Assembly: GCF_963676685.1 (NCBI RefSeq)
Contig: NC_092349.1
Coordinates: 87,482,001 to 87,546,000 of the forward strand
Reading direction: 5' to 3'
Source of the DNA: Mytilus edulis
Lineage: Eukaryota
Length of the DNA stretch: 64,000 bases
The notes beneath the pieces were generated by a model. That model was not told the DNA's origin. It worked only from the letters and a program-made list of their open reading frames with translations, and did not search any database. Of this stretch, positions 12,017 through 23,790 are shown piece by piece. The position numbers and the translations under genes are program-made. How positions within the stretch are numbered: position 1 is the first letter of the stretch; the number at the start of each line of letters is the position of its first letter.

Positions 12017-13072
12017 GAAGAATGGCCAACGAAGATACAAGTATTTTGTCTTAGGGAGGGATTAATCATACTTTGTAAAGGATTACTCTGATTCAAACAA
12101 AAAAATCTCTGAAACTGATATTATCAAGATGCTTGATTTCTTGATTGACAACATATTTGTTACGTTCGGACGACGTGTTTTTCAACAAACTGTCGGCATT
12201 CCAATTGGAACAAATTGTGCCCCTCTACTTGCCGACTTGTTTTTTTTATTATTATGAGGCTGATTTCAATCAGGAACTTCTTAGGAAGAAAGACAAGAAG
12301 TTAGCAATATCCTTTAACTCTACTTTCCGCTATATAGAGGATGTTCTTTCACTAAATAATGCAAACTTTGGTGACTATGTGGAATGCATCTATCACATCG
12401 AACTAGAGATAAAGGATACTACAGATACAGTTAAGTCGGCCTCATATCTTGACTTACATCTAGAAATTGACAATGAAGGTCGGCTGAAAACAACTTTACG
12501 ACAAAAGAGATGATTTCAGCTTTCCAATTGTGAACTTTCCATTTCTAAGTAGCAACATTCCAGTAGCAGCTGCATACGTGGTATATATCTCCCAATTGAT
12601 ACGATATTCCCGTGCTTGCATTTCCTATCATGATTTTCTTGATAGAGGGTTGCTGCTCACAAGGACACTATTAAACCAAGAGTTCCAAATGGTGAAGTTG
12701 AAATCATCCCTTCGTTAATTTTACGGACGCCGTCACGAGTTGGTTGACCGTTATTGAATAACCGTTTCACAAATGATATCGAACATGTTCCTTAAGTCGT
12801 AACTACAATCCCCTTACCTTTCATGAATGTGACCTACCGAATTAGACTATTTACCGGATTTGTTATTACATACATCTGCTTACCCTTCCGGAGCACCTGA
12901 AATCGCCCCTAGTTTTTGGTGGGGTTCGTGTTGTTTATTCTTTAGTTTTCTATGTTGCGTCATGTGTACTATTGTTTGTCTGTTTGTCTTTTTCATTTTT
13001 AGCTATGGCGTTGTCAGTTTATTTTAGATTTATGAGTTTGACTGTCCCTTTGGTATCTTTCGTCCCTCTTTT
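12017..13072 (+). mobile_element. 5'-truncated Penelope-like retroelement, decayed reverse transcriptase plus 3' UTR
   Basis: Frameshifted GIPIGTNCAPLLADLF, FRYIEDVLSL (YIDD mutated), SASYLDLHL, YDKRDDFSFPIVNFPFLSSNIP and YISQLIRYSRAC motifs. Absent at the paralogous site (~35846). Confidence 0.85.
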
Positions 13073-13436
13073 AAAAGATAAACAGCGCAAAAAACATCTA
13101 ACGGTAAATTTAAAGTCAGAATTTCAATAACTAAAAAAAATACGGAACAGTTTAGTACATTTCAGCCTGTAAATAAGGTTCATTTTTATAAGGTATCTCT
13201 CAATGCATTTATATATATTTGACAGTTTTAACATTTAGATGATTCTCTCTTCCATGCAACATACGGGTAGGTAAGTAGTCCATCATAGCGACAAACACAT
13301 ATAGGGACATGGAACAAGTCCATGAGCGTATTTGATAATGGAAAATTCAAAAATGCGCACCAACCACAGCACAGAAGAACGAGAATTTGTTTTGTTTGTG
13401 TTACTTATATCATTTGTGTTTTGTTTTTATAATTGG

Positions 13437-13640
13437 TATAAAAAAGAAGATGTGGTATGATTGCCAATGAGACAACTATCCACAAAAGACCGAAATGACA
13501 CAGACATTTACAACTATAGGTCACCATACGACCTTCAACAATGAGCAAAGCCCATACCGCATAGTCAGCTATAAAAGGCCCCAAAAAGACAATGTAAAAC
13601 AATTCAAACGAGAAAACTAACGGCCATATATATGTAAAAA
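13437..13640 (-). repeat. 5'-truncated copy of the twister-bearing repeat family (no ribozyme part)
   Basis: Reverse complement of 59645-59836. Absent from the paralogous site at ~36210. Confidence 0.85.
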
Positions 13641-13748
13641 AAGTATAGTTATTTTCAAATTTGGTCCAAGTTCAAACAAGTTCTGCAAGTATGACAACGA
13701 TTTCTTATGCGTTTTAAATATGTTTAATTGTAAACTGAATTTCCTTTA

Positions 13749-14018
13749 TTAACCAGATTTAAACAACAGAATTGCAACTTGTCCCAAGTAAAAATATATA
13801 AAATGTTTGGTCTCATGTGTAACATAACTGCCAAAATTCCGTCCAACGATACAGTGCCATGTTGGGTTATACTTCCTATCGAATTCCTTTTTAATGTATG
13901 CAGCAATGTCTTTTTCAATGTTGAATTTCTCTAGAGCTTGTGTAGAACAGTCAACAACATCTTGTTGCATATCCTCTGACATATCAGCATTCTTAACAAC
14001 AGCTTTTCGGTCACTCAT
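13749..14018 (-). CDS. DYNLL: Dynein light chain LC8, copy 2, 89 aa
   Basis: Complete LC8 ORF. Acceptor tttag|CTGCATA-ATG (exon starts 14025); exon 1 donor GCAG|GTAAG at 15311. Confidence 0.97.
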   Translation of the reverse strand: MSDRKAVVKNADMSEDMQQDVVDCSTQALEKFNIEKDIAAYIKKEFDRKYNPTWHCIVGRNFGSYVTHETKHFIYFYLGQVAILLFKSG

Positions 14019-14579
14019 TATGCAGCTAAAACACGAAACAATTTATACATATTTGTATATTTCCTGTACAGTTTCAGTTAACTTAAGTTTACAAAAACCC
14101 ATTTATCATGACGATAACACTTGTTTCATATTCCACTTGTTACTTAAGAATTGATTTTGTTATCCATTTTAAAAGATTTTGTCATGTATTCCATGACATA
14201 TGGTGTCTGTAAACAAGGAGGCTATATAACCTAGATCAAAATGAAATACTTTAAGCTCTTTTTAAATTGTGCTTGCCATAAGCAATCTGAATGATGCTTA
14301 AGTTGAATGTTGGTCCTATGTGGTTTTTCATAATAACTATAGTTTCGAATGACGTGTACGCTTACGAAAATATTACTAGGAATTCGTTAAATTTGCAAAT
14401 GGAGCTGGAAATACTACATTTTAATACAAACTTATTACATATGAAAAATGTAAATCATGACGTATTTTGCTGGAAGTTCAAAGATGCTTTCATATATAAT
14501 ACTTAAATCACGATAAAATAACGACTAAATGTCTAAATGAATTGCATTCTGTAATACATGTATTTAAGAAAATAGTTTT

Positions 14580-14650
14580 TGAAGAGACATGTATTGTCGA
14601 AATGAGCATCTGGTGCAAGAAAATTGATACCGTAGATTTTATTTCATAAT
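14580..14650 (+). mobile_element. Truncated retrozyme end with a partial hammerhead
   Basis: TGAAGA-GACA TGTAT TGTC-GAAA-TGAGCA-TC-TGGTGC, the same subfamily as 23818-23861, lacking the 5' strand of stem I. Confidence 0.8.
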
Positions 14651-15310
14651 CGGGAGGTATCAACAGGATTTATTTTATGCAATGTGACGTTGCTGAGAGC
14701 AGTATTTCCAGTCCTGACATTTTATATAATATAGTATATGTTCTATATACTCAATACTTTCACTTGGTAAAATATAATTGAACAATAGTTAAGTCAGCAG
14801 GCAATTGAACATAATGTATTTCAGAATTTAAAGTCATTATGCACAATGATGCATGAATAATCTATTCAAAATTCTAAATCCGGCTTGTTGGGTACAGTTT
14901 TCTAAAGAAATATATTAGTCCAATTCCTTGCTCACTTTCTTGTGAATATACGAAAGACAGATTGTAGGTATATGTAAGCCTTTCTAGTCAAACGAAAACA
15001 TTTGAATACTTTTGTCTATTTCTTAACAAACAATCAATAAGATGGTAATTGACCCTAAAAGTTTCTGATGTAAAGGGACTAAATACAACCGGAATATAAA
15101 TAATAATAAAATGGAAATCAATGTAGATATGTCAATGTACGTTAATATCACATTTCAAATACTATAATAATATCCAGAATATATGGTAGATTGATTTAAC
15201 TTAATAATGACGATATGCATTAACTGGTTATCAATGAAATGAACAGGTTATATTGTCTTTAATTCACAATTCAATATTTGAATATTTTGAAAATTATCTA
15301 TTTTCCTTAC

Positions 15311-15477
15311 CTGCAAAAGTCTTTTGTCATACAATGTACATATATGTTTATAGACGCAGTTCCTATAAGTAGCACATTGATTTTTATTACATATTTCTTC
15401 ACGGTTTTGCTTTTGCTTATCTTAGTATACAACTGGTTGACTTAACATAAGTTGCTTGGATTAGTTTGTCATCCCAG
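15311..15477 (-). promoter_or_regulatory. Putative non-coding exon 1 and promoter of LC8 copy 2
   Basis: Donor at 15310-15309. Conserved motif CTTGGATTAGTTTGTCATCCCAG at 15455-15477. Confidence 0.7.
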
Positions 15478-16129
15478 AATACACCGGAATCGGATATATT
15501 AGAAATTTCAATTTAAATACACTTTGACCTGAATCTACATATTACATCTTTGAATGAATATTAGGAACATAAAGTTAAACAACTTAAAACTTTAAATGAC
15601 TTTTTTGGAGGCGTTTATCAAATAGCCTTATGCATTCGAGTCTCTATAACAACTGGCATAGACCCACCTAATATTCGACTTGATTGGCAGCATAAAACAA
15701 AACAAAAATAAAGAAGATTTACAAGATGTGAAGTATTGATTTTGTATTTGAGAACTTATACCTTAATAGGGAAATATTATAAAGAAGGTGTGTTACATAG
15801 TCAGACATGCATTTACAATACTTCATTAACTTTTTCTGTAAAACAAGACCTGATAGTATTCCTTACAAAACATCATTAAATGCTGAAACAGTTTGTTGTT
15901 AATTGGAAATTGGTTCAACTAAATTATCCAAATGGACGTCACATATCACACTTGATCCTACAACTAAACTTGGTAAAAAATATAGGAGACAAGACGAAAA
16001 CATCGGGAGTATTCGGCCATTACGCAAAAGGATTCCAATCCAAGTTCAAATGCTGAAAAAAAATCCCGTTTATACTTTTTTCATATCTCAATATTTGAAG
16101 CAGAAAATAATTATCAGCTTTCTTATTAA

Positions 16130-16351
16130 GAATTAATCAACAAACTGCACTTTTTACGCGTGGGAATTCTTAACAAAATGTATGGTTTCGTGTGAAATAT
16201 AACTTCCAAAATTATAACATGTTGTTGGATACATTTATGTATATATATTCAGCATTGACATTTTCAATAGCTTTCATACTAAAGTCTACACTATATTTTT
16301 AATGTCACCTGACATTACAGCATATCTTATAAAAACTTTTATTTCAGTCAT
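16130..16351 (-). pseudogene. Degenerate LC8 pseudogene (copy A)
   Basis: Translates with frameshifts to MTEIKVFIRYAVMSGDI / VDFSMKAIENVNAE / NFGSYISHETIHFV. It keeps an acceptor 8 nt before the ATG (ttcag|ATAGTATC-ATG), as in copies 1 and 3. Confidence 0.85.
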
Positions 16352-17284
16352 GATACTATCTGAACATAATTACACTAATTTATTAATTATTCTTTGTATA
16401 TGCAAGATAGTGCCACTAGTTGAGGAAGATCTGCACAACCTTCTGTAGCACCCGCGATCATCCCACATTTTTGATTGGGATTGTATTGTTTAATCTTTAG
16501 TTTGCCTGGTAGTTTGTATGAACTTGTATGTCTTTTCGCCGTCTTTCATTTTTGTTTTTGACGTTCAGTAGCTCCTTTGTTTGAATGTTCTCACTTCACC
16601 CCTTTACCATGATGTTGTCCTTTTTTTATTCACTTATTCTTCTTCATTGCCCATATGTAACTGCTTTTTTATTTGTTTTTTTTACGTCTGTAAGAATACA
16701 GAACGATAATTAAAAAGCTCTTATTGGTTATTGTTAAATGCATGATACCTGTACTTTAAATTGTTTTGTTTTGTGTGTTTCTACCCAAATCCGTGTCTGA
16801 TCAATGAAGACGTAACAGTTAAGATGAACAAAACTAAATACGTGAATTCTTGGGTCTGAAGTTCAAGTTTGGACTGCATAGTAAGACCGAAACCGTTATA
16901 TGGGTCGTAACTCGTCGTTAAATAATTTACTGTATTTATCAGCTAAATCATTGTACATTTTAAATCATTTTCACGGCTAGATAACGTCTATATAAACATA
17001 TAATGAAAATGTAAATACTTTCACCCATGTCGAAATTGTTAAGTGTGACTGCATTAAAGTAAGTGTTGTCATCAACAAAAATTATTCATTCATCTGTGAA
17101 AATACAAAATACAGTTAAAGTCATATGAAACAAGTTAAATTATACATTTATAATGTTATCGAACTTATTGAACCAGTGCATGCATCTATACTATTGTTTA
17201 GCCGATTTGTCTCCAAGCCGACGATCGTCTGTTCAAAGTATTGTATAATAATAAATAGTAAGTGTATGTAATGTACTTTATAAT

Positions 17285-17763
17285 TTTTATGCCCCACCTA
17301 CGATAGTAGAGGGGCATTATGTTTTCTGGTCTGTGCCTCCGTTCGTCCGTGCGTCCGTCTGTGCGTCCGTCTGTGCGTCCGTCCGTTCGTTTCAGGTTAA
17401 AGTTTTTGGTCGAGGTAGTTTTTGATGAAGCTGAAGTCCAATCAACTTGAAACTTAATACACATGTTACCTATGATATGATCTTTCTAATTTTAATGCCA
17501 AATTATAGTTTTGACCCCAATTGCATGGTCCACTGAACATAGAAGAAAATGATAGTGCAAAGTTCAGGTTAACGTTTTTGGTCAAGGTAGTTTTTGATGA
17601 AGTTAAAGTTACATCAACTTGAAACTTAGAACACATGTTCCCTATGATATGATCTTTCTAATTTTAATTCCAAATTAAAGTTTTGACCCCAATTTCACGG
17701 TCCACTGAACATAGAAAATGATAGTGGGAGTGGGGCATCCGTGTACTATGGACACATTCTTGT
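17285..17763 (+). mobile_element. Non-autonomous Helentron/DINE-1-like (HINE) element
   Basis: 5' subterminal ATGCCCC...GGGGCAT, (CCGT/CTGT)n microsatellite, two ~172-bp tandem units, 3' GTGGGGCAT plus short hairpin GTGT-actatgg-ACAC, T-rich flanks. Confidence 0.8.
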
Positions 17764-18397
17764 TTGTTTCTTTTTTTGCTTTTTTGTAGCACTGGGTGAA
17801 TATTGGTGGTGGTTAACAATAAAATAAGTTGTTTTAGTAGATTAAACAACCGAACCACAAATATAACAGGCTCTATGTCATGTGTTTGAGAACCACGACC
17901 CATGACCTTGGCATTGAAGTCAAAGTCATATGTCAATTTGATTTAATACATTTTCACATTTGCTATCAAGTCAACCGGAAGTGGTCAATTATAAATCACA
18001 AGTCGTCATAGTTGAATTTCAACAATTTTATGTGAAAAATACCCACTACAATATATTTTTAAATCAGTATGAAATATCATAAGAAACCGGAAGTGACATT
18101 CTTTGAACTAAAAGAAGTAAATCATCTCAATTTTTATTAAAATTAGACATAAACTAACCTTTTTTTCATGACTAAAGTTGTTATTTGACAATTTGCATGA
18201 CTGTGTATTTCCATTAAAAATTACTGTAGAATCAGTATGACGTAACATATCAAATAACACCGGAAGTGATAAATCGGACGGAGTAAATGCTCGCCCTTAT
18301 AATTTACAAAAGTATATGAAAACCAACCATGCATGGAATCACAGTAAAGACTGCTATTATTGACACCTTAAATGACATTGTGTAAAGCGGGAGTCGA

Positions 18398-20490
18398 TAC
18401 TTACTTACTTAATGATACTTAATGATGTTTTCCGGTACTGGATCCTCACGGTTCCTCTTCACCAGACTCATATGTTTGATTGTTATCTCTATTATTTCTA
18501 TTGTTGCTTTCGGTTATTGCAGCTCGATAATCAGAAAAATAGATTTCTTCGTATTCGAAGTACTTATCTAATCTATTTTTTAATGCGTTTATAGATGGCG
18601 CTTTTGTTCCTTTATTCGGTAACTTGTTCCATAATTTGGCAATTCTTATTGAAAAGCTGTTTTTCCTCAGACTTGTTTTGAATCGTTGGTGAATGATTTT
18701 TTCCATTTACTCTTGTGCTATGCCTATTTTCGGTGTTTGAAATAATTTGAGAAATGAACTCGTTTCTGGATCGTATTTACCGTTAAGTATCTTGTATGTC
18801 TCAATCATGTCTTCTTGGACCATTCTATATGACAATGTTGGCAGCTTAAGTTTTTTCAATCTTTCCGGGTAGCTTAATTTATTGAATCCAGGTATCTGGC
18901 GTGTTGCCCTTTTTTGTACATTTTCGATTTTGTAAATGGAAAGGTGCCCGTACTGAACTAGTATAGTCTAAGTGTGTTCTCACTAAGGTTAATGTCCTTC
19001 TGATTGCAGCAAAAATTGAAAGACTTCAAACAGCAGTCTGGGGTGTAGATTATCAGGGCCAGGTGATTTGTCCGTTTTTATTTTCTGGAGGTGTTTCAAA
19101 ACCAAATCAGTGCCAATATTTAATTCCTCTATTTTCTTATCTAGTGAAATATGCTTAGGTTCTGGAATATTGCCTTGTGGTTCATTAGTGAATATGCTTG
19201 TAAAATACTCTGATCATATTTCAGTCTTTTGTTTGTTATCATCTGTTTTTTTTTCGGATTTTACATCTTCTGTGTCTACATGTAGATCTCCTATACCTTC
19301 CCTGGTCTTGGATTTGGATTTTATATAGCTCCATATGGCTTTAGGATTTGTCTTAGCATTTTCAGATAATCCTTTTTCGAGTAATTTCTTTTGTTTGTTG
19401 ACTGATGTTTTGGCCTGGTTTCTGACTTTATTGTATTCAGCTCTTGTTTCTGGATCTTGTTTAGTTATATTTTTTTTGGATAGAATATTTTTCCTTCTAA
19501 TTAACTCTCTCGTTTGTTTGTCTATTGAGAATACATTTTTCTTTTTTCCTATTTGTGTCATAGTTTTGTTTTCTAATTCTTTTAAAATGGTTAAAAAATA
19601 ATTCCAATTAATATCAATGGAAATGTTAGCATTAAGCTTATTATGCCAGTCTATTTTATTCAGCTCTTGTACATGTTGTAGAAAATCTTTGTAATTTTCA
19701 TGATTATACAGTTGAGCTATTCTTGGTGCTCTTTTTATATTTACATAACAGTTAAAATCAAAGGATAGGACGCAGTGGTAACTTTTTCCAAGCGGGCTCA
19801 TATATTCTAAGTTGGAAATCCTCTCTTCTTCGTTTTTAATTAGTAAATCAAGTGTATGGAGTGTGTCAGCTCCTCTCAATCGTGTTGGTTTTGTTGTGTG
19901 TTGGTACAGAAAATTGTCTTGTAGTGCTTCCAGAAATTTATTTTCAATGCTGTTTGGTCTATCCCCCTTTGTGTTCCATGATTCCCAATTGATTTCAGGA
20001 TAATTAAAATCTCCCATAATGAGTATGTTGGAGTACCCCATATCTATTGCCTCTGACATTAGGTTTACTAGCTAATCATTGTACTCCTTGGAACTGTTGG
20101 ATGGGGTTCTATCAGACCTACAAGGAGTTTATCATTTTGATTAAGTTTTACCTTTATAAATATATTTTCTTGAAACTCTGTAGCTTCTAGGTTGGAGTCT
20201 ACATACATTAAAAGGCCTCGTCCTTCATCTGACTTTATGTTTTCTCGAACATTTTGTAATTTCCTACCTCTGGTAATGAGTATTCCGCTGTTGATAGTTT
20301 ATATCTGTTAGCTTTTGGTTTTACTTCTGTTATACCAATTATATTTGGTTTGTTGTCTCTTGTTCCGACGTTCAATTCTGACATTTTGTTGAATAGCTGA
20401 TCTGCATTAGTATAACAACAGTCCAATTTGGATAGAACTGTAAAGTTATTTACATTGCCGTTTAAAACCTTTCCCTTCTTTTGTACATTG
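18398..20490 (-). mobile_element. CR1-clade LINE remnant (APE endonuclease and ORF2 C-terminus; RT core deleted)
   Basis: YTNADQL, IIGITE, GDFNYPEINW, LGKSYH, KSPGPD, LVRTHLDY and LWNKLP...KNRLDKY motifs; (TAAG)n-like tail at 18398-18425. Confidence 0.9.
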
Positions 20491-20599
20491 ATAGTTGTCT
20501 CTTTTGTACGGAGTTTCAGTAAACTACTACGCATCATGTAAACAATATTTCAAGGTAACAAACTTAATGATGTCATAAGAGTTTTTTTTGTCTTTGGAT

Positions 20600-21311
20600 T
20601 GATTGATCGATTTTCGGTGTTTAACGCCACTATAGGCTATACAGTAATGGCCAATTTATTTTGGTGGAGGATGCCGGAGTGACAGAAGAGAACCAGACTT
20701 TTTGCAGGAAAATTGGCAACTCTACTAGTCAATTAGGATTGGAATCGAACGCACCTGTCAGTATATGCGTGTTCTCAGAGTTGTACTTGGTACCTTTTTT
20801 GTTGTAAGGATGTATAAGTACCCTGCCACATCCGGTCTGTGTTGTTGTTAAATGTCTGTCTGCTTTGTATCGATCTGATGAGTTGCACCCTTTTCCACTG
20901 ACTTTAATAGTTTGTTCTTATGTTGTACTGATACACCACTGTCTAGGTTACTTTGAGGGTTCGGCGCCCGCAAACTACTTTAACCCCACCATATTCTGTA
21001 TGTGCCTGTCCCAAGTCGGGAGCCTATAATTCAGTGGTTGTCGTTTGTTGATGTGTATCATATTAGTTTTTCGTTATTATTTGCTTTACAAATCAGGCAT
21101 TAGTTTTCTCGTATGAATTGTTTTACATTTGTCGTTTCGGGGCCGATAATAGTTGACAATGCGGTATGGGTTTTGCTCATTGTTGAAGGCCGTTCGGTGA
21201 CCTATAGTTGTAATTTTCTATCTCATTTGGTCTCTTGTGGAGAGTTGTCTCATTGGTAATAATACCACATCTTTTTATTTTTATACTAAGACCACTCGGT
21301 CAACGAGATCC
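20600..21311 (-). mobile_element. tRNA-derived SINE remnant interrupted by the twister-family insertion
   Basis: A-box-like GGATCTCGTTGACCGAGTGGTCTTA at 21311-21287; the body continues at 20755-20600. Confidence 0.5.
20756..21285 (+). mobile_element. Near full-length, diverged copy of the twister-bearing repeat
   Basis: Colinear with 59325-59836; twister-like domain at 20935-21038. Confidence 0.85.
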
Positions 21312-21882
21312 ATCTTTGTATTGTGGATGCTACATGTATCTTATCGGCATATACCCCATCCTTCTATTCATAAAACTAAGATGAGACTTGTTTTTGTTAT
21401 TGCTAAATAATGCAAAGCAACTAATGGTTTGCAAAAACAAAAATTAACTTGTAAAAGATTGATATTAATTGTATTGAACATGAACTGAAATCATCACTAC
21501 AACGTTGTATGATCGTCATCACGAATTAATCGATCGAATGACTGTAGATGAGTTATCAAAATATTTCATGTCCTTTTAATCATCGTTTGCAACTTTAAAA
21601 AAAATAAAATAAATAGGGGAGGATTACATATATTTAACTTACTGATGAAAAAGACAGGAAGATAATATTCACTTACATATAAACAAAACCTTGTCTAACT
21701 ATAAAAATAAAAAGGTGATAGTATTGACGCAGCTTGATATATCGATTTGAATATCTTAATTTGTCGCTGAAGTAATATTCATTGTTGATATAAACGGGAT
21801 TGTTACGTATCTTATAATAAGTATACAAATAGTTAACAAAATATATATTTCACGATCTTCATTCAGCTTGATATAAGATTAT

Positions 21883-22343
21883 CTAATTTAGTTTCCATCC
21901 TGAAAATATTGTACGTGTATGACCGTCGTTGCTTAAAAGACGACCTTGATGGTTAGATGTATTTTTGAAATAAACAGTTCCACCTTCTCTGACGTATTTC
22001 ATTATGAATCCAGTAGAACAGGCGTCATCACTGTAAGTTTCTGTGTCTGCATGTACTTTTCCACAAATCCGTCCGTCAACAACCAACTCTGTTCCAAATT
22101 CCCCATATCCTCCACCCTCCTTTGTGTTACTGTCTACACAAATTGTCCAGGTAAAGGCATACATTCCACTAGATATTGCTTGGACGATGCCCGTATTGGT
22201 GTTGTAGACACCAAAAGTGTTAGTTTCTGTCTGGTCAAAGATCAGCGTTTTCCCCTGTGACAATGAATTACTATAGCCATTCACAAAACCTTGAGACATA
22301 TTATGTGCCGAAAATCCTATAAACTCTCTCGTTTTTCTATACT
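21883..22343 (-). CDS. C1q-domain-containing protein, terminal exon (globular C1q domain); native signal-peptide exon not found
   Basis: Open frame YRKTREFIGFSAHNMSQ...LIFDQTETN...YNTNTGIVQAISSGMYAFTWT...TIFSGWKLN*; phase-1 acceptor ttttgttttgatctag| at 22344. Confidence 0.85.
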
Positions 22344-23790
22344 CTAGATCAAAACAAAATGGAAAATTTAATTTGTATATTTTTTTTTAGATTAAATTGT
22401 TTTATCTAGTAGGAAGGTAAACGGCTTAAGCTTTCTTTGAAGTTTGCAAGTTTTTATTCGATACTTAAACTTATAATCAGGTTTCAAGCGAATAACCTTT
22501 CTGTTAGTGACAGGTGCAGCGTTAAGCGATTTGTTAGACCTTTATTTTGGCCTGTATTTTTGTTGGTGGAGGAGGGGGTAACTCATTATGGTTTCTATTA
22601 TGTTAAGAAGACTGTTTGTAAATATGCCAATATTACTCAAAACTGAAAGCCAGTAGTCCACGATCGATTTAATCACTGGTAACAACTCATAATCATACAA
22701 CAAGTTGTCTGCCTTGACCAGATAAACAACAGTTAAGTAACCTATTCAATCGCACATCCTTATGTCGAAAAAAATTCAAACCAAACCGATTTGTCATTGT
22801 TTCGAAAAATAAAAGGTCTTTAAGTTAACAAATTTGTGTCACATTTGCTATCAATTCATATCAACCATGATTTTATAAAACTGAAAACAATTGATGATCA
22901 TCGGAAAAAATAACAAAAAAGTATTTAAATATAAAAGCTTACAAAATGAATGCAAATCGTAGAACAATTTATTCTAGGCTGTACTTATATTTATATTCAA
23001 TAAATGTCGGATGTGAAGCAGGAATTGCACAATTTCTTATAGAACCAGTGGAGTTAAAACCTACCTCTAAGCAATGTACTAGTACTCCGATCTAATTACG
23101 ATAAAAATATGTGATAACGCGACGAGTAAGCGAGTTACGGTAACTCTGAATCCATGTCAGGTCAACCTTCCATGAGGGAAAAGAAATCTTAATTAACAGA
23201 AACACTTAAATAAATCAACTGAGAGTTATTAATCGTGTTAGCACCAAATCACTGACTATTCAACTATTAATTTCCTCGGGCCTAGGATATGCTTATTATA
23301 ATAAAGCAGTAATTGTCCCTAGCCTGTGAACATATTTCAAAGGATTGCATAACTGCTGGACATAATGTTACCTAATTGTAAAAAAAAAAAATCGAAAATA
23401 AGTGATGACTTTATGTAGATTTACATTTTAAAATAATGGCCTTTTTCATATATTTGAACAATACATATACAAATCATGTAATACACTAATTTTACGAGTC
23501 CTCACATATTATAAAATATAAAAATTACATTTAATGAATTGTGTGATAATATGCATGAACCAACTGTCGCCTAACAAACACATACAGTCAATTGTTAAAG
23601 TATCAATACTCTTTTATTATATTTTATCAATATTTCACCTGTAACAATATTCTGATGATTTATCATACAATTAGGAATACATCGTACAGTTTATATCTAA
23701 ATATTTAAATATATGGAATAATGTCATTATTTCTTACCCGCAAAAGTCCTTCAATATGCACTGTATGTATATGCTGTAAGTATTGTTAAT

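Larger units (their letters stand above)
4355..18000. repeat. Segmental duplication, copy A (paralogous to ~23145-51450)
   Basis: Colinear matches by eye: 4355/23146 (ctgaatccatgtcaggtcaacc), 5630/24444, 8000/27290, 10680/34140, 13749/36316, 15455/37200, 17160/50015, 17850/51300. Confidence 0.9.

Noticed and set aside
16855-16900. CTGAAG...GAAACC...GGTC resembling a hammerhead (also ~38968-39010)
   Set aside because: Stems I and II do not pair, and the core is incomplete in copy A.
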